Position numbers and translations under genes: made by a program. 64,000 nt of DNA, from NCBI GenBank assembly GCA_964016885.1, contig OZ024743.1, forward strand, positions 367,722,001 to 367,786,000, written 5' to 3'. This DNA is from Eledone cirrhosa (Eukaryota). Numbering within the stretch: position 1 is the stretch's first letter; the number at the start of each line of letters is the position of its first letter. The notes beneath the pieces were generated by a model, which saw only the letters and a program-made list of their open reading frames with translations, did no database searches and was not told the origin of the DNA. Of this stretch, positions 13,266-24,339 are shown piece by piece.

Positions 13266-13874
13266 GTTTTTAATATTAAAAACAAAACTAAAGTCAGAGA
13301 ATATCAGAAAAATATGTTAATATTTTGAGCATAGGTTCCTTTTTAACTAGAGAAGGCAGAGATTAAGGAAAGAGAGAAGAAAAGAATTGTTTCTCTGTTG
13401 TTTCAGGGAGTCATATTCAGAATGGATACTGAAAGTGAGTGGTGGTTATTTTGTCTGTAGTGAAGGGAGTGGAGATGGATAGTGGATACAATATTGATCA
13501 TAGGTACAATGATAGGGGAAGAAGAGTAAGCAGCAGCAAGTAAGTGTTAGAAAGCATGAGTGGGTATATCAATATGCATGTGTGAGCAGGTGAGTGGAAG
13601 AGTAGAATGGTGTGAATATCTGTATGTGTAAAGAAGGATATGAAAGGAAAAAGGTAGAGGAATATTAATTTGATGAGAGAAAATATCTTCCCTCCCTCTC
13701 GAAATAGAAATCAATTCTTACTTACAAAAGAGTTATGTGGAGGTTTAGCTCTAGTCATGATAGGAGTGGCCATCAGAATTAAAATATCATGAAATTTGTT
13801 TAACTATTTTGATACCAAAGCAGCAGAAACTGCCCCTGGTTCTGCTATACAAACTGTTTATATAATAATGATAA

Positions 13875-15530
13875 GGAAAAATTATTGTATAAAGTGCTCA
13901 GATGCACTACAACTCATCAAAGATGTATGTATAGTACATAGAATAATGTACAAATGTCAGGAAAGTGAACAGTATATGAGTCATGATATACAACAGAGAC
14001 ACACACATGCGTGCGTGTGTATGGAGGGGAAATATCAGGTGTAGTGTTGGTGAATTTCAGGAAGCATGGAAGTTTGGAAGGATGCAGTGTCTTGATAGCT
14101 AACAACTGATGAAGATAGTTTGTTCCATGCTTCAGCAACTCTGAGCATGAAAAAGTGTTTCCAAAAGTCATGGGAGTTGTGCTGTTTTCTGATTTTGTAA
14201 GCATGTCCATGGGTTGCTCAGGGCTGTTGTTAGAAAAATGGTTAATAATCTGTTGGGTGTCTACCAAGTCAGTTGCTAGATGCTGGATCTTTCAAGGCAT
14301 TCAGAGTATGGTAGATGCCTGATGGAGCGTATTTGTTTGGTTGCACGTCTCTGAACAGGTTTAAGGAGATCAATATTCTGAGCAAGATAGGGATTCCAGA
14401 TTGGTGATGCAAATTCTAAGTGTAGTCACACCACAACTATATACAGCTTTAAATAGATAGCTGAAGAGTGGCTGACAAAGGTCTTACAGAGTGATGCCTT
14501 CTTGACAATTTTAGAGATGTGTTTTGTCCAATGCAAATTGCTGTTGACGATAATGCCTAGGTTATATTCACAAGAAGACTTCTTGAAATTGGTGTTGTGG
14601 GGGGGGGGGGGGAGGAGTAAGTGAACGCTGGGTTTTTCCTCCCAAAATGCATGGTGGTACACATGTCCACAGCTAGCTTGAGTTGCCAGTCCATAATTCA
14701 TTGCTGCATTGTGTCCAGATCTGATTGCAAGAAAGATCTATAGTATGCAGGATCTGTCCTTTTTATCTCAAGGTACAGCTTGATGTTTTCTGTGTATTTC
14801 AGCACTGTGGCATTCTTTAAGTTAGCATCTATGTCATTAATATATGCAACAAACAAAAGGGAACCAAGATCCCAGTGGTACACCAGATGTCATTTCATAG
14901 GGTGAAGAATACTGTCCTGAAACCACGACTACCTCTTTTCAACTGAGAATGAAGGACTTCAACCAGTTGTAAAGATCATCTGTCGCACCCATTGTGGAGA
15001 GTATTGCCATAAGTCTTTTGTGTGACACAGAATTAAAAGCTTAAGGTAAATAACACCCACCCATGAGCCACCATCAGTGATTCGAGTAATATCTTCAATA
15101 AATTTGATGAGTTGATCACAGCAGCTGGAGTTAGGGATAAATCCAAATTGTGAGGATAAGGCTGTGAGAATTCCAGAAGTGGCTGCATCTCTGATATCAA
15201 AAAGCAGTGTGATTTGATGGTAATTCTGGGGGTGGTAAACAACTCCAAGTAAAAGTGTTGACATGGTCATATGTATATCGCAGAAAAATACTTCTTGTTG
15301 TGATTGGTTCAAATCAACGCAAGGAATTGCTGAAAAGTTTGAGTGAATGTAGACCATCACACCACCACCACGATTAATGTGGTCTTTGTTAAACAAGTGG
15401 TAGCCAGCTATGCTAAAACCTTCATAACAGAGTAAAGAATGTGCCCATGTTTCCGTAACTGAAATGAAATCGGTCAATACTTTTGATGTAAGAACCAAAA
15501 AGATAAATCTTGTTGCATAGACTACGAGCA
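13875..15530 (-). mobile_element. CR1-type LINE, internally deleted (APE start fused to the RT and 3' end)
   Basis: ISVTETW..GYHLF..GGGVMVYI (APE) and QFGF..SCCDQL, LLFVAYINDI (RT); homologous to the 25753-32195 copy. Confidence 0.85.
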
Positions 15531-15722
15531 ATTTGTATGTGGATTTCAGCTTATGATGATAAATAGAGGATGTTCATATTTATCTAAAACCTTTCCTTCA
15601 TAATTTTATGTAAGAACCTTCTTCAATCATCAGCTTAATAAGAAGAAAGTTAGATAGTTTACTAAATCCCTCCAAAAGCTCTCTGAAACTACTTGATAGC
15701 TTGCTGTAAAGTTAGTATTTTA

Positions 15723-16475
15723 TGTAATAAATAACATTACTGGAGGTACAAGTGAAATGTTTTGGGACTTGGAAAATGAAGCTAGGACAATACAAATAAT
15801 AACATTATGAAGTGTTACAACAGGAATTAGGAACAATTGAACGATTCAGGTTGGATGTGGCAATAGGTAAAGGAACTACTGACTAGAAGCTCATGTATAT
15901 TACAATCATGTCTAAAGTAGGGAAGAGAAGGTTCCAAAAATTTGGAGAGGTATCATAGTCGTCAGATTAGAGAAAATAAAAATTGCAAAGAATAATATGT
16001 TGGGGAGATTGGATGGTAGAGTGGAGGGTATGGAAAAAGATGATTGGGTAGAAATAGCACAGGTTGGCAGCCAGAGATATGGTCAATAGCAAGCACTTAA
16101 CAATGGGCTGCAGCAATGGCAGGCTGGTGGTTATTCTATGCAAGAAAGAAACAGAAAATTTAGTAGGATGTAACTGCGATGTCAAAATTTTGGTTACAGA
16201 GGAGGTTGAGATAAAACATTTGTGAAAAAGGATAGCTGATTTAGTGTATATCAAGTGAAATGAGAAAAAAACTGAAGCCAGAAAGAGAATCAATGGGTTT
16301 GTAAAAGAAAAATGCTGAGAATGAAAGTGATGAATATGTTTAAGAAGTTGATGATGGTGCCAAAGATGGTGGATGTGAATTCCAAAGCAGGGTAGAGAGA
16401 GTCAATGAAAATGAACAAATTGAGCTGGTCATGGATAAATGAGTTGGCACTGGTATAGTCATCCATATAATGTTA
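15723..16475 (-). mobile_element. Decayed Penelope-like element: RT C-terminal half, linker and start of the GIY-YIG region
   Basis: Hand translation with frameshifts: HYMDD...LNLFIFIDSLYPALEFT...INFLN, FYKPIDS, and near 15735 KHFTCTSSNVY. The motif order matches Penelope/Poseidon RT (YxDD, HPxLxFT, FLD, YxKPTD, FTCxSxNVIY). Confidence 0.6.
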
Positions 16476-16708
16476 ACACTATCTAGATAACTAATTAAGA
16501 GAAATAGGAACTATTGAAATAGTGCAAGATGGAAGATACATGTTAGTGTTTTAATGTAGTGTGTTGGTCACAGAAGGCTTACTTATCTAGTGGATGATTG
16601 TTGTGGATGAAGTGTAGAATCTTTGCGTGTGTAGTAGCTATAGCTACATAAAATGTGAGAAATCTTTGTAGCAAATGTGTGTGCATGTGTTCATGTGTGT
16701 ATGTATGC

Positions 16709-16752
<44 letters not shown>

Positions 16753-18584
16753 CTTGCTATGAGATATGCCTTGAATTTAGACAAGAAAGAAATAGACAAT
16801 ACTTCAGAAGGATTAGAAACATCTCAAATTCCATTTTTAAAAAATAAAGGGAAAATGGTAAATATGTGTGGCTGCTTAATTACAGATCTTTATAGAATGT
16901 ATTTTGTTACTTGTTTCAAAATGCCCAAGAACATAAATGGCATTGATTTAGCTGATGTTCAGTTGCTCTGTGCTAAAGAATAATATTCATAGAAATGAAT
17001 GTATTTACAGCTGACTTCAGTTAGTTAAGAACTAAAAACATCTAGAAACTCTCAGTTGTCATGGAAACAGTTGAAACAAATGTAACAGACACTATTAACT
17101 TCATATAACAAATAATCATCATCATCATCATCATCTTTGGTGGAGATGGCGGCAGTAGCAGCCATTTTCCCTGCTAGCATGAAAATATAAAAAAAGGACT
17201 TGGTTGTTATACCCAGGCACCCACATGCCTATATGCACAGGTATGTAGATATATATACATTTATATAAGAATTTATCATTATTTGACATTGTTTTTCTAT
17301 TGCAAGCTCTGTGTATTATTGAAAAGGTGTGTTTTAGTTGTTATTTTTAAATCAGATAAGCTGGCAAATGTCAGAATCAGAAAAGCATTAGACAAAATAT
17401 CCTTACTCTATTTTCATACTGAGTTTAATTCTTGTGTTTGATTTTACTTTTTGTTCTTCTGGGGTGAGACTGAGGTAATTAAAATGAGTACAACTGGTTG
17501 TTCCTTCCATAATTTGTGACAAGGTAAAAGTTTAAACTCAAAGGAAAACATTCTTTGCTCATAACTTTCAGCAAGCTCTCTCTCTCTGATGAAATTGATG
17601 TGATAGATTTTCAGACAGCATAGAGATAATGAAAGAAGAAAAGCAAGTGTATTGGAAAGATTGGGTGAGGATGTTACCCAGTTAACTAGTTTAGAGGAAA
17701 AGAAATATTTTTAGTAGCGCAAGAAAATATAGTGAGAAGATACATGTCAATAAGTTAGTGGATGTAGTGTGGTCACAAAAGTGTATTTATCTGGTGGATG
17801 GCTGTGTTTGTGTGTGTGTTGCTTGCAACTCTATATGTGTAAGTGTTGTGAGTAACTAATATGTATGTCTGTTTACCTTTGTATGTGTGTATGTGTGTGT
17901 GCACGTGTATGCGTGCATATGTGTACACAACTTGCTATGCTTTATTTGCTTGTGTTTGTCCTCTTTTCCATTCTTCCTCCTCTCTCTTCTCCTCCTCTCC
18001 CTTTTCCACCCCCTCTCAGTTATTTTACTTCAGTTCCAGTCTCCCTGATTTCCCATCAACTATGGAACTTTAAAAGATCAATGATTATATCACCCTCCAG
18101 CTGTTCATGTTTAACAGTCTGTGAATACCTAAAAAGTTAGGAAATCTACTTTTTTATCTTACTTTATTCAAAAGAAAACACAAAACAAAATCCCTGAAAA
18201 AAGATAGAAAGGGATAAAAATGTACAGAAAGAGAGCAAATGGTTGGGGATGCTTGTAAATTAGATGAAAGCTATTTGAAGTGATTGAGAACCACTAAAAC
18301 ACCTAGAATTTCATGAAAAAAAAGCAGAAAGTGCAGGTGATAATATACTGTAAAAATAAATAGGCACAAAAACAATCGAAAATGGACTGAAACCTTTGAC
18401 AGGAACTAAATAATACTGAGAATCATGAAAGGATTCGGAAAAGAATGAACAATACGGAAATGTGAATGACTCAGAGAGTGCAGTGAGCTGGAACAAACAC
18501 TGTAAAGCATTCTATTTGACATTCTAATAACTGCCGATTCACTGCCTATGTAGTGATTTATATGGACATATGATGTAGTGTACA

Positions 18585-18810
18585 AGAGAGAAAACTGTGT
18601 TGTTATGGAAGTGTGATGCATATGGAAGATGGCAGTTGTATAAATAGGTGCATCAGAATTTCAGGGGATGGAATTCGTGAAAGAAGCAGACCCAGGAAGA
18701 CATGGGATGAGGTAGCAAGGGTTGACATTAAGAAGCTGATCCTCACAACTGAGATGACAAAGGACCACGTGAACTCACAAATATGCTGTGCTGGTAATGA
18801 CTAGTCTAGC
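18585..18810 (+). mobile_element. RTE C-terminal fragment
   Basis: CYGSVMHMED..RSRPRKTWDEV motif. Confidence 0.7.
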
Positions 18811-19277
18811 AGCCTAGAATCTGACCTCACATAACTGAGTTACAAATCACACCTTCAACTATCACCCCTTATGAGCTATCCTCACTATCACTGCACCCCC
18901 CATTCCTGTAGTAGTTATTCTCAGGATAACTGTACGCCCCCACTCCCACCCATCCTACTATTCTACTCTAGATCACACCCTTAAGCCCTGACACACCAGA
19001 TATAGCCCCCTAGTAGCTTTTATTACCAGAGTATCTCCCACACTATTAGAAGTCTCCTCTCCCATCCACTACCACTCTCCACCTTGTCAAATCCCTCTGC
19101 ACATAGCACCTGGCCAGGTCTCACACCTCAACCCTTTCAGTAGAGCTTTTCAGTTGAGTCAATGATGACAACCTCTTTAGTGCTGGTGACATGATAACTG
19201 CGCTCAGTATGCCCTGTAAGATGGTTGTCAATAAAAAGGGCAATTTACTGTAGAAACCATGCCAAAATTGTTTAGAG

Positions 19278-19440
19278 TAGGCATGTCAAATTGAGTGTTC
19301 CCTGAGGTCCACATGAGTCACATATGTGTTGTCTGTGGGTCACACACTACAACTAATTTTATGAAAAACCTCTGTGCAGGCCGCAGGTGTGCTTGTAAAG
19401 GGCCACATGCGGCCCATGAGCTGCATGTTTGACATGCCTG
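19278..19440. mobile_element. hAT-type MITE
   Basis: TIR (T)AGGCATGTCAAA / TTTGACATGCCTG; perfect 8-bp TSD GTTTAGAG (19270-19277 and 19441-19448). Confidence 0.88.
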
Positions 19441-19617
19441 GTTTAGAGGATACTTTAGTTATGTCAAGAGTATGACAATCTTTCTAGTATTGGTGATCTA
19501 CATGATGAATTAGTGAAGTGGTTGGTGATAGGAAGAGGCATCCAGCCACAGAAAATCTGCTAAACAAGAGATTAAGGGGACTATTCAGCTGTGCCAAAGA
19601 TATGACAACCTTCCTGG

Positions 19618-19693
19618 TGAAGAAGAAGAAGAAGAAGAAGAAGAAGAAGAAGAAGAAGAAGAAGAAGAAGAAGAAGAAGAAGAAGAAGAAGAA
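19618..19693 (+). repeat. (GAA)n microsatellite
   Basis: About 25 uninterrupted GAA units; explains the poly-K and poly-F ORFs. Confidence 0.97.
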
Positions 19694-21659
19694 TGTGGTG
19701 GCTATGATGATGATGTGGATGATATGAATCAAGATGGAAAATATATCATTACAGAGTACATGAAATAATGTTACTTCTAAAACAGAGTAAGTCCTAGAAA
19801 TAGTCGAAAGACATTGAAAACGACAGCAAAATATCAACATATTTGAACAGGAAAGCAAATGCCTTCGACAAATACTGCAAAGTATGAACAAATAGAAGAA
19901 TTGCTGATAAGGATGTGTATCTTTAGCAACAGAAAGGACTGAAACTATGAAAATATGAAATAAATATAAATTATAGAATGATTATAGGTACTGAAAAGGA
20001 TTTAAAAAAGTATTGAAAATTACCAATATTTATTGAAAAATATTGAAATACCAAAAAGAAAATAAAACTATCATAAGGAAACATCTTTGTATAGAAAAAT
20101 AGGAGAAATGAAAAAATATTGTAAAAAAAAAGTCTGAAATGACTGAAAAGCTGAAAAACCTGAAGAGAACTGAAAACATTTAAACACTTAAAAAAAAACC
20201 TTTGGGAAGTTATAACAAATTGATTAGAATCAACATAAACATATCTGTTAGAACACGAAAAGTGTGAAACAACAGAATGTTCACTTTTCGTGTTCTAACA
20301 TATATGCGTAGCTTCTTAAAAAATTTTTCGGGGATAGCCGTGGTGGTGGTGATCGTATGTCATTGGCTAATTTTCAACCAATCAGAGTACCTCTCTCTAT
20401 ATCTCTTCCACTGTTACTTACGCCTGTTTCTCTCTATCTGTTCCGTCTCTATATATATCTCTTACTCTTTCGCTTTGCACTCCTCCCCTTCAATACCATC
20501 TCTCCCCCTCTCTATATATTTGTTACTCTATCGCTGCACGCACTTCTCCTTCAATATATCAATTACACACGCTTTACACTCCTTTATCCCCAGCGCCCCT
20601 ATATATACACCCCCCCTCTCCCGCATCTATATTTTAATGTACCGTTGCACCGTGAATATATGTGTCTATATATATATATACATATATATTGTATATACAC
20701 ATTCATGTATGTGTATACACACTCATGTATGTATATACACTGGTTTTATGTGTGTATTGTAAATTTGTACTGTTAAAACACGAAACTAACATTCGATTGA
20801 CACTTTGATTACCTGTACAGGCAATAGTTATTAGAATGCTGTTGAAGTGTGTATATATTTTTGGGGGACATCCTGTATATACACACATTATATATAATAC
20901 AATAAACAGATAAATACACACATATATATATGAGCTTATTTAATTATAAATATTGTGAATTTTTAACTCAGTTCAATTATATATATAAATGGTTTCTACA
21001 GGACTAGAACTGTTTCATTCGAAAGAAATCATCATAATATTGAGAGGGGGGACTAGATAAAATATTTCAAATCAAATGTGTATAAGTTATAAGTTAAAAT
21101 GTATAAATAGAGACGATAGTGGAGGTATATCTGTTTAGTGGAACAGTAGACGATAGAATTAAATACAGACGATAATCTCCCTTTAATGAAACAGCAGACG
21201 ATAGAATTAAGGCAATTTAAATTTTAAGCATTTGCATTTTTGCCTTTCATCGTTACGGGGTCGATAAAATAAAGTACCAGTAATACACTGTCACTAGACG
21301 ACTTTCAAATTGAATTGTTGGTTCCATTTCTTTAGTATTTTCAATTGTAGTTATCTACTTAAAAAGCGTTACACGGTTAGAGACATAATTCGTAAGTTAT
21401 ATCTTCCCTATTAAACCATTGCATTATTTCGCCTACAATAGAACAAAAATGAAATTTTCTTTAAAGAAACAGGAATATAACTTTATAAAAAAAAAAGTTG
21501 CATCCGCTTCTTTTATCATTGATAATTTTTTCGTTTTAATATTAATTGTTTTTTGTAGTTGTTTATATTAAAAATCTTACTGTAATATTTACTTAAACGA
21601 AGGCAAACATCTAAACTTATAGATTAATCTTGAGCGAAGGACTAGATAAATCTCTCTCC

Positions 21660-21698
<39 letters not shown>

Positions 21699-22094
21699 AA
21701 CGAAGAATGATAAAATTTCAAGCAAAGAGTTTAATTAGGTATATTTTGTAATATTATTAACTAATTATTATAATTAACGCGCATATTTTGCTATCCTCAA
21801 ACACGTTTACACATGGCATGAAATATAACTAATCCGAGATGGCTAGGTTTCATCTTCTAACTGGATATACGAAATCCATTATGTCTTGACAACAACATGA
21901 GGTAACATTATGTTATTCACAGACACACTTTGTACACTGTTCCATATCAGAATGTATTTCCTTCGTCACATTCACAAACAGTATTGAAAATATGTTCTTC
22001 GGCAAATAAAAATGTTTTGTTCATAATATTTCAACTAGCGATTACTCTACTCCACGCACGACCACCATAAATTAATGACCAGCTCAACACAAGT

Positions 22095-22262
22095 ATTGGT
22101 AGAGCGTCAGACACCATGCTTTGCAGTATTGTTATGGTCCTTTGCATTCTAAGTTCAAATCCTGCCGAGGTTAACTTCGACTTTCATACTTACTAATTCG
22201 ATAAAATAAAGTACCAGTAATGGACTGCCGTAATGGATTTGTGCCGAAAAATAGAAACACTA
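22095..22262 (+). mobile_element. tRNA-derived SINE, decayed
   Basis: AGTTCAAATCCTGCCGAGGTTAAC..CGATAAAATAAAGTACCAGT..TTGTGCC. Confidence 0.7.
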
Positions 22263-22815
22263 TTAATGTGCAATAAGAGCAAAATATAACGACATTGCTC
22301 AATTATTTTATCTAATGTTGTAATAACACAAGGAAATGTTGTTTGTGTATTTTTTTTTATATTTGCTCATAGGCTTTTACAATTTCGCTCAGCCAACAAC
22401 TATTAAAAAGTGAGTTGCTTAAGATAACAATTTAATCACAAATTGTTGCTATCTTTTAATACACTCCAACAAGTCATCAAATTATGTACAATAAAAACAA
22501 ATCTTATTAATTTGCTCAGGGAATATAAAGAAAATGTATATACACTGATAATTGCAATTGTATGTAAATATTTTGTTTTTGTATTGTATATTTTATGTTT
22601 TCTATTATGTATAATATATTGATTTAATATTGATTGTTTTTTGTAGTTGTTTATATTAAAAGTCTGAAAATATTTTTATACATCTTACACTAATATTTAT
22701 AAGATAATTTATAATAACAATTACATAATCTAATTACATTACAACGATAATTTATTATTAATATATATCCTGTTTAACTAGAGTTATTACAAGCGTTGCC
22801 TTAAAAAAATATTAA

Positions 22816-23772
22816 ACTAGACATGAAAAATGCGCAAGCTCAAAAGTGCCACAGAATGTTATAATAAACCTTCAAAAGTGTGGGACTAGAGTTGTTGCTA
22901 AAAAATATTGTAATCATTATATATCGTACATTCTGTGGCATCCTTTATAAAAATAGCTTAAACCAACGAAGCCTTTATTTTTACGCTATTTCACTTAGTT
23001 AATTCTTAGAGTGTAACATATAAAAATAAATACATCTATGTTTAATGTAATAACAGCTATAAATAATTACGTAATATTATTATCATATACTCATAGTAAC
23101 AAAATAATTGTGTTGAAACTTAATATGATGCTTATATGAACGATCAAATCTATAATGATAATTTCTTAAATATACTAATAGTAAAATAATTTAGTTATCT
23201 ATTGTTACATTTTCATAGAACTATAATATTAACAATCGTATTGCATTATCAAATTTTTATCACTACAAACTTTCATATTGGAATTACCTTAAGCCACTTA
23301 TTATTACTTCGCTTTCGTACTTTTACAGCTGTAGATATTGCGCTGTATCTTATATCTAATATCAATATCTCGTGGTAATTTGCATGAAGTGTAAAATAGG
23401 TTTATTAATAACTTTAATATGAAATGTATTATACAGGGCTGCGGAGTCGGCCAAAAATTGACTGGCTCCAACTCAAGATCCGATACTCCATTATTTCCTA
23501 AATTTCAGCTCCGCAGCTCTGTTATTATATTAATTAATTTATTTTATAGTTGTAAATCATATTTTTATATGTTACACTCTAAGAATTAACTAAGTGAAAT
23601 AGCGTAAAAATAAAGGCTTCGTTGGTTTAAGCTATTTTTATAAAGGATGCCACAGAATGTACGATATATAATGATTACAATATTTTTTAGCAACAACTCT
23701 AGTCCCACACTTTTGAAGGTTTATTATAACATTCTGTGGCACTTTTGAGCTTGCGCATTTTTCATGTCTAGT
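22816..23772. repeat. Fold-back element with perfect 213-bp inverted arms
   Basis: 22816-23028 is the reverse complement of 23560-23772 with no mismatch seen by eye; AT-rich spacer; no TSD found. Confidence 0.9.
23434..23521. mobile_element. Short hAT-like MITE nested in the fold-back spacer
   Basis: TIR CAGGGCTGCGGAG / CTCCGCAGCTCTG; flanks GTATTATA and TTATTATA (7 of 8 TSD match). Confidence 0.75.
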
Positions 23773-24339
23773 GCAGTATGTGTATGTGTTTCTCGACTAA
23801 ACAAAGAATAGTCGAGAATAAAGTCAAAGAATAAAGTCATGCCATGATATGGAAATCTTTCTATTGTTGGTGATCTACACAGCACACACACCCAGTATAT
23901 ACTGTAAAGTGGTTGATGATAGGAGGAGCATCCAGCCATAGCAAGCTTGTCACACAAAGGGTTGGAAAGACCCTTCAGTCATGTCAAGGACACAACAAAC
24001 TTCTTAGTGTTGGTGATCTACATGCTAAATGCACCCAGTACATGCTGTAAAGTGGTAGGTGTTAGGAAGGGCATCCAGCCGTAGAAACAAAGAGTTGGAA
24101 GGACTCTTCAGTTGTGTCAAAGACATGGTAAACCACTCCTTGTAGAACATGAGACCATACATAAGTGAGATGCAGACCCCAGGTCTATATGGGAGGTCAG
24201 TAGCTTCACTCCAGTACTGACTTGTTCTATTTTGTGAAGTACTTACTGTGATCCCTAAGGATCATAAAACCATTCTGAACATTGACTTCGCTTCTAACCC
24301 ACATACACCTTTTAATTATATATATATATAATTATATAT

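Noticed and set aside
19484-19891. Poly-F and poly-K ORFs
   Set aside because: (GAA)n microsatellite artefact.
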